DNA of 64,000 nt from Parcubacteria group bacterium GW2011_GWB1_40_14 (GCA_000996085.1 LBYG01000001.1:651-64650); one strand, 5' to 3'; positions 28,582-39,793 are shown, numbered from the stretch's first letter. The notes: generated from the letters alone by a model not told the origin. Program-made: numbers and translations.

Positions 28582-28989
28582 ATGACTCAACATATTGACG
28601 CAAAACAAATCGCAAAAACCTTTCTTGATTCTTTAGCGGATAAACATTCGCAACATGATCAGATCGAGACGGTTAAACAGTTCGTTGCTTTCCTTGTTCA
28701 AAACAATCTTTTGTCGCATTCGGGAAAATTAGTGGAAGCTATACAGGAAGAAATGATAAAGCGCTCAGGGCAGACAACGGTTCAAATGGAAAACTCCGGA
28801 GACTTAAGTGAAGAAGATATTGAAAACATCAGAAAAACAGCCGCTTCTTTATTGGGAGAAACTGTTAATATGGACCAGGAAACAAGTAAAAAACTTTTAG
28901 GCGGCATCAAAATGAAAATTGCCGATAAGGTAATTGATGCGACAATTAAAAGAAGACTGGAACAGCTTTCTAAAAATATTAAACAATAA
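28582..28989 (+). CDS. atpH: ATP synthase F1 subunit delta (short)
   Basis: [22 protein letters not shown]; operon position. Confidence 0.88.
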   Translation: MTQHIDAKQIAKTFLDSLADKHSQHDQIETVKQFVAFLVQNNLLSHSGKLVEAIQEEMIKRSGQTTVQMENSGDLSEEDIENIRKTAASLLGETVNMDQETSKKLLGGIKMKIADKVIDATIKRRLEQLSKNIKQ

Positions 28990-28991
28990 GT

Positions 28992-30497
28992 ATGGATTCT
29001 AAAAAAATAATTGAAGAACTTAGAAAAGAAATATCCGGAGCAAAATTAGAAACTCGAGCGGAACAAACCGGCAATGTTCTTTTGGTAAAAGACGGCGTTA
29101 TACGTATTTCCGGGCTTTATTCGGTCGGAGCGCTGGAAATGTTGACTGTAAGAACCTCAGAAGGAGAAATTTCTGCAATGGCCTTAAACCTTGGGGCCGA
29201 AGATGTCGGAGCCATAGTTTTGGGCGATTGGGAAAAAATTAAGGAAGGCGATGAAGTTGTCGGAACCGGAAAAATTCTTTCTGTTCCTGTCGGCAAGGCT
29301 TTTTTAGGACGAGTTGTTAATCCTTTAGGCGAATCTTTGGATGGTAAGGGGCCGATTCATGCCGACAGATATAACCAGCTTGAGCGCATTGCGCCCGGTG
29401 TTATCACGAGAAAATCCGTAGATACATCTTTAGCTACAGGAATCAAAGCCATAGATGCAATGATCCCGATAGGACGCGGTCAGCGTGAACTTATTATCGG
29501 TGACAGACAAGTGGGTAAAACTGCGATTGCCGTTGATACCATTATCAATCAAAAAAATTCAGACGTTAAATCTATTTACGTTGCCATAGGTCAGAAATTA
29601 TCACGTGTTGTAAAAATAGTTGCGGAATTGGAAAAGCGGGGCGCTTTAGATAATACGATAGTTGTTGTGGCCTCAGCTTCTGATCCTGCTGCTTATTCGT
29701 ATATTGCGCCGTATGCCGGATGTGCTATGGGCGAATATTTTATGGACGAGGGACAAGATGCTTTGGTGGTTTATGACGATCTCTCCCGTCATGCATGGGC
29801 TTATCGTCAGGTGAGTCTTTTGCTTGAACGCTCCCCAGGACGTGAAGCTTATCCCGGAGATGTTTTCTATTTACACTCACGTCTTCTTGAACGCGCCGCT
29901 AAACTTTCAAAAGAATATGGAGGAGGCTCTTTAACGGCTTTACCGATAATTGAAACTCAAGCGGGCGATATTTCCGCATATATTCCGACAAATGTTATTT
30001 CAATTACCGACGGTCAAATATATCTTGAACCGGAATTATTTTACCAAGGAACCCGTCCTGCTTTAAATGTAGGTTTGTCTGTATCCCGCGTGGGTTCTGC
30101 CGCTCAGACCAAAGCGATGAAAAAAGTTGCCGGTAAGTTGCGTTTGGATCTGGCTCAATATCGTGAATTGGCTGTTTTTGCTCAGTTTGCGCAAGATTTA
30201 GATGAAGCTACCAAGAAACAACTTGAGCGAGGCAAGCGCCTTACTGAATTATTAAAACAAGGTCTATACGCGCCCGTTCCTGTAGAAGAGCAGGTTGTAG
30301 TATTGTATGCCGGTGTTAATGGTTATCTTGATAATATTGCACCGGAAAAAATTCATGATTGGGAAGAAGGCTTTATTGAATACTTGAAACGTCAAAATAA
30401 TAAAATACTTGAAAATATACGCATCAGTAAAAATTTGGAAGAAGATACAGAGAATATGCTTAAAGAAGCGACAGAAGGATACAACAAGATTCTATGA
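28992..30497 (+). CDS. atpA: ATP synthase F1 subunit alpha
   Basis: [28 protein letters not shown]. Confidence 0.98.
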   Translation: MDSKKIIEELRKEISGAKLETRAEQTGNVLLVKDGVIRISGLYSVGALEMLTVRTSEGEISAMALNLGAEDVGAIVLGDWEKIKEGDEVVGTGKILSVPVGKAFLGRVVNPLGESLDGKGPIHADRYNQLERIAPGVITRKSVDTSLATGIKAIDAMIPIGRGQRELIIGDRQVGKTAIAVDTIINQKNSDVKSIYVAIGQKLSRVVKIVAELEKRGALDNTIVVVASASDPAAYSYIAPYAGCAMGEYFMDEGQDALVVYDDLSRHAWAYRQVSLLLERSPGREAYPGDVFYLHSRLLERAAKLSKEYGGGSLTALPIIETQAGDISAYIPTNVISITDGQIYLEPELFYQGTRPALNVGLSVSRVGSAAQTKAMKKVAGKLRLDLAQYRELAVFAQFAQDLDEATKKQLERGKRLTELLKQGLYAPVPVEEQVVVLYAGVNGYLDNIAPEKIHDWEEGFIEYLKRQNNKILENIRISKNLEEDTENMLKEATEGYNKIL

Positions 30498-30727
30498 GCT
30501 TAATGGGTAAAATAATAGGAAGCAGAAAGGGGATATTTATACTACTTTTTATTCTGATTATTTTGCTCGCCGCCATATTTTTCTGGCAAACCATTATAAC
30601 CATAAGAGTAAAAACATATTACAAAGAAGTAGAGCTTAATAATAAAAAACAGGAATACATGCAAAGACTTGAAAAAATAATTAAAACTGAGCAAGAACAA
30701 AAATTAAATATTGTATCCGGTAATTAA
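30494..30727 (+). CDS. small single-TM coiled-coil protein inside the atp operon
   Basis: ATGA overlap with atpA; TM followed by a charged helix. Confidence 0.7.
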   Translation: MSLMGKIIGSRKGIFILLFILIILLAAIFFWQTIITIRVKTYYKEVELNNKKQEYMQRLEKIIKTEQEQKLNIVSGN

Positions 30728-30735
30728 AATTGTAT

Positions 30736-31647
30736 ATGGCACAGAATACACGAGAATTAAGAAGAAGAATAAAATCCACAAAATCTATCAGGCAGATAAC
30801 TAAAGCTATGGAAATGATAGCCGCAAGCAAAATGCGTAAAGCGCAGCTTGCAGCTTTATCTTCGCGTCCATATTCTGTTTTAGCGTGGGAAATGCTTTCT
30901 TCGGTAGCCGAAAAATCGGAACAGTTTGCCGGAGCCGACGCCGAATTGTTCTATAAATTTTTATCCAGAGGAATAAAGGTTAATTTAAATAAAGAACTTA
31001 TAATTTTAATAACATCAAATAGGGGATTGTGCGGTTCCTTAAATTCACAATTGGTGAATGCCGCGTTTTCAATAGTAAAGAACAATAAAGACACGTTCGA
31101 CGAGCTCAGTGCAAGTAAATATTCATTTATAATTGTCGGAAGAAAAGGTTTGCGCTCTGCGTTACGTTTAGGTCTGGATGTTTTTGCGTCTTATGACGGT
31201 TTTGAAAATCAACCAACTTTTGCCGATACATTGCCGATCGCGCGTTCTGTTATGGATAGTTTTGCCGGCGGACAATTCAAAAGCGTAAAACTTATTTATG
31301 CGGATTTTATTTCCACACTTAAATATGAGATCCGTGTAACGCAGCTTTTGCCGATCAACATAGGTGATGAATCTGTCGAGACAAAGCATGCGGAATTTTT
31401 ATTTGAACCTTCGCCGGCAGAAGTACTGAATTCTTTGATCCCGAGATTGATAGAATTACAGGTTTATCAGGCGCTGGTTGAGAATTTGGCTTCGGAGCAT
31501 TCAGCGCGCATGGTAAATATGAAAAACGCTTCTGATTCTGCCCGCGATATTATCAATGATCTTACTCTTACTTATAATTCAGTCCGTCAGGCGTCTATTA
31601 CTGCTGATTTGGCAGATATAATAGGCGGCAGAATGGCGGTGAAGTGA
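30736..31647 (+). CDS. atpG: ATP synthase F1 subunit gamma
   Basis: QITKAMEMIAASK, RGLCGSLN, ASEHSARM, RQASIT. Confidence 0.97.
   Translation: MAQNTRELRRRIKSTKSIRQITKAMEMIAASKMRKAQLAALSSRPYSVLAWEMLSSVAEKSEQFAGADAELFYKFLSRGIKVNLNKELIILITSNRGLCGSLNSQLVNAAFSIVKNNKDTFDELSASKYSFIIVGRKGLRSALRLGLDVFASYDGFENQPTFADTLPIARSVMDSFAGGQFKSVKLIYADFISTLKYEIRVTQLLPINIGDESVETKHAEFLFEPSPAEVLNSLIPRLIELQVYQALVENLASEHSARMVNMKNASDSARDIINDLTLTYNSVRQASITADLADIIGGRMAVK
31092..31115 (+). repeat. 24-nt palindromic unit, in frame within atpG
   Basis: cacgttcgacgagctcagtgcaag. Confidence 0.65.
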
Positions 31648-31798
31648 AGACTTATGCGTTTGTCCTTTTTTTCGCTCATTCTCGGCAAGCCAGCGCTTGC
31701 CTCCGAGGTTTCGACTGTTTTGTCCCTCGTATTACTCGGGAACCATGCCAAAACAGCCTCAAAAACCGCTCAAAAAAGACAAACGTCTAAGTCTTAAC
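31644..31798. repeat. 155-nt branched inverted-repeat element between atpG and atpD
   Basis: aagactta..cgtttgtc pairs with gacaaacg..taagtctt; inner hairpins. Confidence 0.8.
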
Positions 31799-31825
31799 AA
31801 GGGTAGAAAGAGGAAATAAAAATAA

Positions 31826-33271
<1,446 letters not shown>

Positions 33272-33305
33272 AATGCAAAGTGAAAAGCTGAAAATAATGC
33301 ATGAA

Positions 33306-33431
33306 CCCCGTTAGAAAATTGCTATTATTTATGGATTATTATTTATATAAAAAGAGTTGTTCGGTTTATAATAGTCAAACAAGTTTTTCGACTTGTTTGA
33401 CCGTTAACTTTTCGGCAATTTTCTAACGGGG
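33306..33431. mobile_element. 126-nt MITE-like element with perfect terminal inverted repeats and TGAA direct repeats
   Basis: tgaa|ccccgttagaaaattgc..gcaattttctaacgggg|tgaa. Confidence 0.85.
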
Positions 33432-33661
33432 TGAAAAAATTTCTTGCGGATCTAGTTTTAATTACCAGTTTAACCGTTCTCATTTTTGGTTTAGGCTTAT
33501 TTTTTGGCTTTGCGCCAAGATACACTAGCGGTGAAAGCCTTGAGGGGTTAGTCCAATTTTTCTCTATATTAGTCGGACTAATACTATTTTTTATCTATTT
33601 AGTTTTAGTGTTTAGCGAACCCGAAAGAACAGAACAAAAAAATAATCCAAATAGGTATTGA
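33431..33661 (+). CDS. small two-TM protein inside the atp operon
   Basis: two hydrophobic helices; ends 5 nt before the atpC ATG. Confidence 0.65.
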   Translation: MKKFLADLVLITSLTVLIFGLGLFFGFAPRYTSGESLEGLVQFFSILVGLILFFIYLVLVFSEPERTEQKNNPNRY

Positions 33662-33666
33662 AAGAT

Positions 33667-34149
33667 ATGTTTAAAATTCAATTTGAAATTACGACACCCG
33701 AGAGAACAGCTTTTAAGGATGAAATTGATTCTTTAACCGTACAGACAAGAGACGGAGAAATTACTATTTTACCCAATCATATTCCGTTAGTTGCTCCACT
33801 TGCTACCGGAGAATTGGTTGTTCGTAAAAATAAAGAAATCATCCCTTTACATGTGGGAGAGGGATTTGTTGAAATAAAACCATCTTTAAGCGGCTCTCAC
33901 GTTACGAGAGTTATAATATTGGCTGATGAGGCAGAGCGAGCTGAGGAAATAGATGTTAAAGCAGCCGAAGAAGCGCAGCAACGCGCGCAAAAAGCTATGG
34001 AAAGCTATAAAAATGCCGATGATGTTAAATTTGCTGATGCGACCGCAGTTTTTGAAAGAGCGTTATCCCGTACGAAGATAGCAAGAAAACACGCCCGTGG
34101 TTCAGGTGGGTTCACCACAGGCGGAAGAGCGTCTATTGATAACGAATAA
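33667..34149 (+). CDS. atpC: ATP synthase F1 subunit epsilon
   Basis: EITTPER, GEITILPNHIPL, ILADEAERAEEID. Confidence 0.95.
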   Translation: MFKIQFEITTPERTAFKDEIDSLTVQTRDGEITILPNHIPLVAPLATGELVVRKNKEIIPLHVGEGFVEIKPSLSGSHVTRVIILADEAERAEEIDVKAAEEAQQRAQKAMESYKNADDVKFADATAVFERALSRTKIARKHARGSGGFTTGGRASIDNE

Positions 34150-34199
34150 ATATTTTGTTATTCTTAAACAAAATGCACTTTTAGAAAAGAGGTAATTGT

Positions 34200-34529
34200 A
34201 TGTCTAAAAATACGGTTGAAGTAACCAATGCAACCTTTGAACAAAAAGTTTTAAAATCAAAACTTCCTGTGATTGTAGATTTTTGGGCTGAGTGGTGCGG
34301 ACCATGTCACGCCATGATATCAATTGTTGAGGAATTGGCTTTAGAATATAAGGAGAAAGTTAAATTTGCCAAGTTAAACGTTGATGAAAATATGGCAACC
34401 GCGCAGGTTTATACCGTCATGTCTATTCCTACGTTTATCTTGTTTAAGGAAGGCCAACCCGTTAAGCGCTTTGTAGGCGCTAGGTCAATTACTGCATTTA
34501 AACAAGAAATTGAAGGATGTATTAAATAA
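34200..34529 (+). CDS. trxA: thioredoxin
   Basis: DFWAEWCGPC, SIPT. Confidence 0.95.
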   Translation: MSKNTVEVTNATFEQKVLKSKLPVIVDFWAEWCGPCHAMISIVEELALEYKEKVKFAKLNVDENMATAQVYTVMSIPTFILFKEGQPVKRFVGARSITAFKQEIEGCIK

Positions 34530-34535
34530 TAATTT

Positions 34536-34568
34536 AAATAATCGCCGCGCAAAGGCGATTTTTATTTT
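34536..34568 (+). terminator. rho-independent terminator
   Basis: aatcgcc..ggcgatt followed by a T tract. Confidence 0.65.
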
Positions 34569-34576
34569 GCGATTGA

Positions 34577-34737
34577 CCCAGCCCCAATTCTTAATTAGAG
34601 CTGGGTTGACCCCACACCAGTTTTTGCATAATGAACTATCGGTTTTGGAGCGTTGTAACACCCCAAAACTTTTGTATTATCGATAAAAGTTAAAGTTTGG
34701 TATATCTGAATATTCTTGCGCAAAAATGGTGTGTGGG
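34577..34737. mobile_element. two tandem CC..GG hairpin elements (29 nt and 128 nt) separated and flanked by TTGA
   Basis: ttga|cccagc..gctggg|ttga|ccccacacca..tggtgtgtggg|ttga. Confidence 0.8.
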
Positions 34738-34765
34738 TTGACTTTTATGATAAAAAGAGTATAAT
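34738..34765 (+). promoter_or_regulatory. sigma70 promoter of the carbonic anhydrase gene
   Basis: TTGACT-N16-TATAAT; SD gaggt. Confidence 0.7.
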
Positions 34766-34800
34766 TAATTCGTCTAACAAGTTAAATTAGACGAGGTATT

Positions 34801-35214
34801 ATGAGTTCAGTAAGCAAAGGTCATACTTGTGAAGCATTAGTCTTAATGTGCATAGACTTTCGTTTCCGAGAAAATGTGCAGGAAAACCTAAAAGCAAAAG
34901 GCATAAAAAGCTATGACATCATGGCTTTTCCGGGCGCCTCGCTTGGACTGTCTTCAGATAGTAATCCGGCACAGAAACCATTACTGAACGCAATAACTAT
35001 CTCAAAAAATTTGCACAACATTCAGCGCGTGGTTATAGTTGACCATGAAGATTGCGGAGCCTATGGGGGCTCAAGTAATTTTGTATCTCTAGATGAAGAA
35101 AAAGCAGAGCACAGAGAAAAAATGATCTTGGCCGCACGTGCCGTTAAAGCGGAAGTAGATCTTCCGATCGAAACATGGCTGGCGCGTCTGGACGGCACTC
35201 TGGAAGCCCTATAA
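34801..35214 (+). CDS. beta-class carbonic anhydrase-like protein
   Basis: CIDFR and HEDCGAY metal ligands. Confidence 0.82.
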   Translation: MSSVSKGHTCEALVLMCIDFRFRENVQENLKAKGIKSYDIMAFPGASLGLSSDSNPAQKPLLNAITISKNLHNIQRVVIVDHEDCGAYGGSSNFVSLDEEKAEHREKMILAARAVKAEVDLPIETWLARLDGTLEAL

Positions 35215-35244
35215 AGCAATACTTAATTCAGTGAAGTAAAAATT

Positions 35245-35277
35245 AAAACCCGATTCTTTAAGAATCGGGAATTTTTT
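35245..35277. terminator. bidirectional terminator
   Basis: cccgattct-tta-agaatcggg. Confidence 0.7.
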
Positions 35278-35295
35278 ATATAAAAATATCAGAAA

Positions 35296-36936
35296 CTAAA
35301 AATCAAGATAGCGTAATTTTTTTAGCGCTAATTTTATTGAAATCAATACGATCAAACCGGAAGTTAAGGCGCCTATTAGTTCAAGTATATACAAATTTAA
35401 AGAAATGTCGTTTGCGTTCATCGCTAAAACAGCCATGAGTCCAATATAAATTAAAGAAATAAAAGTTGTAATAAGGCCCATAGGCGTTGTACTCATACGT
35501 TCCGGATCGCGTTTGCGCAATTCAGGAGATATTGCTCCCATACTGATTTGAAAAATAGCAATAAAAATAGATGTAATAACGCCCAGAATTAAGATATTTA
35601 TAGTGACATATGACGATATATTAAAAAACGGCAAGGTTACATATAGGCCCGTTGTCATTAATACAGTTAAAAGTATTGTTCCAAATAAAAATTTAGCAAA
35701 AAGTATTTTTTGAGGTGAAACGGGCATTGAAGCTAAAATCCATGCGCTTTGCCCTTCGCGACCTACAAGCGGGAAAAGAAAACGTAACGATATTGTGGTT
35801 ATAAAATAACCCAATCCGCCAAAATGCAAAGCTAAAAGAACGGCTAATTTATCCTTATATCCTTCGTTTGCTTGTTGCGCCAAACCGGCAAGTAAAAAAA
35901 GATATACCGAGGCAAGAAGAATGAAAAAACCAATGTTGGCCAGATCTCGTTTATTTCTTATTATACTTCTAATATCTTTTTCAATTATTATTCCAATTTT
36001 ACCTTTTAAGATAAGCGGGAACGGCCAGCGCTTAATGTCATTAATAGTTGCATCAACCGCGCGAGCTATAAAAACACCTTCTTGTCCCTTTATAAATAAC
36101 GGATGATAGAGTTTCTTTGCTATCACAAAAGTGACGGCTAATAAACTAAGGGACGCAATTAAAATAATAAGAAAAATAAGGAATACATTTTGCGTATTTG
36201 TAGCAGAAGCAAAAGCCAATTTAGCGATCAAATGGGAAGGAAAGGGCAAAAAAATCTTTTCAACCTGATCAAGCGGAGCTTGAACTTTAGTTAAATCTAC
36301 GGCATTAAATATATTTGAAATGTTTTGGGGTACCAAAATTCTGGCCGTGATCCATCCGCCAAGAACAGCCACTAAACTTAGACCGGCACTCAGTAAATAA
36401 CTTGCACGTATTTGACTGATACGCGCTACAAAAAAAGAAATTAATGCGGCTATTGAACACACAAAAGAAAGAAATAAAAATAAAGCCGTAAAATTGAGCA
36501 AATAAAAACCTAAAGATGTCTTATGGGTTATGCCCAGTGCAAGTATGCCCGGCAGCGCAATAAGCAGCAGGGGCCATGAAGATAATAAAAAAAGTAAGAT
36601 GAGACGCCACGCAAAAATATGATTGGCCGGTGTTGGAGTAGTAAAAATAAATTTAAGTTCCGGGGAGTAGAAAAATATACCGGAAGCCAAAATTGCCGAC
36701 GATATCAGGGTGAGAATAAAAGCAAGCAGAAGAAAGGCCTCTAATATGTAGAGAGTTATGGCATTACCGAAATATTCCTGACGCAAAAGATATTTGAATC
36801 CTTCGTGAAAACCGATGAATTCAGCTGCAAAAACCAGTCCAAGTACCATGAAGAAAATAACCGCAACGATGGCGGTTGCCGGCTCTTTAAGCAATCTTCC
36901 GATAAGAATAAATTGATTTTTAAGCAAAAAAAGCAT
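35296..36936 (-). CDS. ABC exporter permease (about 12 TM)
   Basis: duplicated ABC-2-like halves, EGQSAWILASMPVS; follows the ATPase gene. Confidence 0.85.
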   Translation of the reverse strand: MLFLLKNQFILIGRLLKEPATAIVAVIFFMVLGLVFAAEFIGFHEGFKYLLRQEYFGNAITLYILEAFLLLAFILTLISSAILASGIFFYSPELKFIFTTPTPANHIFAWRLILLFLLSSWPLLLIALPGILALGITHKTSLGFYLLNFTALFLFLSFVCSIAALISFFVARISQIRASYLLSAGLSLVAVLGGWITARILVPQNISNIFNAVDLTKVQAPLDQVEKIFLPFPSHLIAKLAFASATNTQNVFLIFLIILIASLSLLAVTFVIAKKLYHPLFIKGQEGVFIARAVDATINDIKRWPFPLILKGKIGIIIEKDIRSIIRNKRDLANIGFFILLASVYLFLLAGLAQQANEGYKDKLAVLLALHFGGLGYFITTISLRFLFPLVGREGQSAWILASMPVSPQKILFAKFLFGTILLTVLMTTGLYVTLPFFNISSYVTINILILGVITSIFIAIFQISMGAISPELRKRDPERMSTTPMGLITTFISLIYIGLMAVLAMNANDISLNLYILELIGALTSGLIVLISIKLALKKLRYLDF

Positions 36937-36939
36937 AGT

Positions 36940-37692
36940 TTAAGCAACAAAGTGCAGATAAAGCTCTTCCAATGTTTTATTTTTTTCTTCAGCTTCCACT
37001 AAGGTTTCGGCCGATAAACCGGCCATTTTCAGTAATTCGTCTATGGTACCTTCTATTAGTAGTTTTCCATCTTTAATAATTCCAATACGGTCACAAATAT
37101 CTTGGGCAAACGAAAGCGTATGCGTGGAAATAAATATCGTTCCGCCGTCCTCTTTAGCAAAGTTGCGGAAAAGTTTTTTAGTGATAGATATACTTTCGGG
37201 GTCTAAACCGACCACGGGTTCATCAACTAAAAGAGCCTTTGGAGTGTGGAGGAAGGCCGCCAATATAACTAATTTCTGTTTATTGCCGCGGGAATAGCTG
37301 TCCATATAACCGTCAAGTATTTTTTTCAAAGGATAGATTTTAGATAATTTTTCTATACGTTCATCCCGTTCTTTTTTATTTATACCGAATATTTCACCTA
37401 CGAAGGACAAATATTCCCAGCCCGTCATTTTTTCATATACAAAAGGGTCGTCAGGAACATAACCAAGTTGTTTTTTTGTATATTCCGGATTCAAGCGTAC
37501 ATCTTTATCGTCAATGAATATTTCTCCTTGAGATGGTTTCATTAATCCGACAAGCATTTTTATGGTGGTTGTTTTACCGGCACCATTCGGGCCGATAAAA
37601 CCAAAAATAGTTCCCTGCGGTATACTTAAAGATAGTTGGTTTACCGCCGTTAGAGGGCCGAATTTTTTGGTTACATTTTTAATTTCGATCAT
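36940..37692 (-). CDS. ABC transporter ATP-binding protein
   Basis: GPNGAGKTT, YSRGNKQK, VDEP. Confidence 0.93.
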   Translation of the reverse strand: MIEIKNVTKKFGPLTAVNQLSLSIPQGTIFGFIGPNGAGKTTTIKMLVGLMKPSQGEIFIDDKDVRLNPEYTKKQLGYVPDDPFVYEKMTGWEYLSFVGEIFGINKKERDERIEKLSKIYPLKKILDGYMDSYSRGNKQKLVILAAFLHTPKALLVDEPVVGLDPESISITKKLFRNFAKEDGGTIFISTHTLSFAQDICDRIGIIKDGKLLIEGTIDELLKMAGLSAETLVEAEEKNKTLEELYLHFVA

Positions 37693-37873
37693 ATTGTCTG
37701 TTTATATTTATGATATAATCATTATATCATACGAACATTACTTTTATGTTTAACAGTAAAAAATCCAAGAATAGTAAGATTTGTTGGCCCTGCGCTCTTT
37801 TGCCCCCGTTTTTTATAATATTTGTCGTTGTCGTTATAGTATATTTGTTGTTCTTTTCTCCGAATTACTAGAC

Positions 37874-38563
37874 ATGAATAAGGTATCATTAAATAAATCA
37901 AAAAGAGCCGGGAAAATCCTGGCTGTTTTATGTAAAGAGTATTCTAATGCTAAAATTGCATTGAAATATAACAACAATATACAACTTCTTGTTGCGGTTA
38001 TTCTTTCGGCTCAATGCACCGATAAAAAAGTTAACGAGGTAACCGAAAAAATATTCAAAAAATATAAAACCACAAGCGATTTTGCCAAAGCCGATATAAA
38101 AGTTTTTGAGCAAGAAATACGTTCAACGGGATTTTATAGGGCCAAGGCTCGAAATATTATTACTTCGTGCGGAATAATTGATAAAAGGTATGGAAGCAGG
38201 GTGCCAGATACCATGAAAGAAATACTTACCTTGCCCGGGGTTGCCCGTAAAACTGCGAATGTTGTTTTGGGCAATGCGTATGAAATCGTAGAGGGTATTG
38301 CGGTAGACACTCATGTGCGAAGACTTTCACAGCGCATGGGCTTTACAGCGGAGGAAAATCCGGTCAAGATCGAACAGGATTTAATGGCGCTTTTTCCAAA
38401 AAAAGATTGGTTCAAGTTAACATATACTTTAATTGATCACGGAAGAGCCGTATGTAAAGCGCCTACGCCTCTATGTGAAATTTGTCCGGTAAATAAAACA
38501 TGTCCGACGGGGATACAAAGATTAAAAAAATCCGGTAAAAAGAAATCCTCATATGCTAAATAA
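37874..38563 (+). CDS. nth: endonuclease III
   Basis: ILSAQCTD, HhH LPGVARKTANVV, VDTHV, C-x6-C-x2-C-x5-C. Confidence 0.96.
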   Translation: MNKVSLNKSKRAGKILAVLCKEYSNAKIALKYNNNIQLLVAVILSAQCTDKKVNEVTEKIFKKYKTTSDFAKADIKVFEQEIRSTGFYRAKARNIITSCGIIDKRYGSRVPDTMKEILTLPGVARKTANVVLGNAYEIVEGIAVDTHVRRLSQRMGFTAEENPVKIEQDLMALFPKKDWFKLTYTLIDHGRAVCKAPTPLCEICPVNKTCPTGIQRLKKSGKKKSSYAK

Positions 38564-39194
38564 TGTAACCTGGTTTAAACAATCCGCGTTCTTCTTTAAT
38601 GCAGAAACAAAGAGGAAAATATATATTGATCCATGGGACGTACCCAATACCTATCCCATCGCTGATTTAATATTCATAACCCACGCTCATTTCGATCATT
38701 TTGATATTGGAACAATAAAACAGTTGTCGTCCGATCATACTTTAATAATATGCCCTAAAGATGTCGCAGAAGAATTAGATGCTAATTTCAAAGTGATTTC
38801 TGTTAAACCGGGAGACCGGATAAATCCCGAAAATATTGTCAAAGTAGAAGTTGTGCCGGCTTATAATATAGATAAACCCTTTCATCCAAAAGAAAATAAT
38901 TGGGTTGGATACATTTTTGAAATTAACGGTAGGCGTTATTATCATGCAGGTGACACTGATCGTATTCCTGAGATGAGTGATATAAGGTGCGACATTGCCA
39001 TGCTTCCAATAGGCGGAATCTATACTATGAACATAGAGGAAGCCGTAACAGCCGCTTCTGATATTGGGCCACAAATTGCTGTTCCAATGCATTACGGTTT
39101 TGAGGTTGGTAAACATGACGATGGTGAAAAATTTAAGAAATTATCGAAAATACCGGTTGAATTGTTACAACCGATAAGACCGTTTGAAAAATAA
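38553..39194 (+). CDS. MBL-fold metallo-hydrolase
   Basis: THAHFDH, YHAGDT, PIGG, PMHY. Confidence 0.92.
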   Translation: MLNNVTWFKQSAFFFNAETKRKIYIDPWDVPNTYPIADLIFITHAHFDHFDIGTIKQLSSDHTLIICPKDVAEELDANFKVISVKPGDRINPENIVKVEVVPAYNIDKPFHPKENNWVGYIFEINGRRYYHAGDTDRIPEMSDIRCDIAMLPIGGIYTMNIEEAVTAASDIGPQIAVPMHYGFEVGKHDDGEKFKKLSKIPVELLQPIRPFEK

Positions 39195-39214
39195 ATATTT
39201 TTGAGTAAAAAAGA

Positions 39215-39239
39215 AAAACTTCGCATAACGCGAAGTTTT
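39215..39239. terminator. bidirectional terminator
   Basis: aaaacttcgc-ataac-gcgaagtttt. Confidence 0.7.
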
Positions 39240-39744
39240 ATTTTTCGGGAGGTTTATCAAGATCATCTAATTCTGAAAGACCGCCAATAAAATCCTGGAA
39301 AGCTTCCGGAAGCTTTTCTTTTACGGGCGAATCGTTTTCGTTATCTTCTTCCAGTTCAACGCAGTTAGCATTAAATATTTCTTTATCAACATAAATGGGG
39401 GATTGAGTTTTGAGAGCAATTGCAATTGAGTCACTGGGACGAGCATCAATTTTTTTTGTTTCCCCGTTTTGCTCAAGAACAAGTTCTGAATAATAAATAC
39501 CATCTATTATTTCGTTGATAGTCACAAATTTGATCTCAGCATCCAGGGTCATTATTACATCAAGTAACAAGTCTTGCGTTAGCGGACGTTCTGAATCTAT
39601 GCCGAGCAGAGCATTTGAAATATAGGTAGCTTCATACCGGCCTGTATATATAGCAAGATATCGGTTTTTATTTTTTTCTTTAAGAATGAGCATGTTTGCG
39701 TTCGTTATTTCTAGAACGCCCTTAACATAGACCTCTATTAACAT
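39238..39744 (-). CDS. bifunctional nuclease (DUF151) family protein
   Basis: RPLTQDL, IDARPSDSIAIAL. Confidence 0.9.
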   Translation of the reverse strand: MLIEVYVKGVLEITNANMLILKEKNKNRYLAIYTGRYEATYISNALLGIDSERPLTQDLLLDVIMTLDAEIKFVTINEIIDGIYYSELVLEQNGETKKIDARPSDSIAIALKTQSPIYVDKEIFNANCVELEEDNENDSPVKEKLPEAFQDFIGGLSELDDLDKPPEK

Positions 39745-39793
39745 GCGCTCTCCGGAGTTTTATAAGAGCTTTGGTTTGATTGTATGAAAATTA

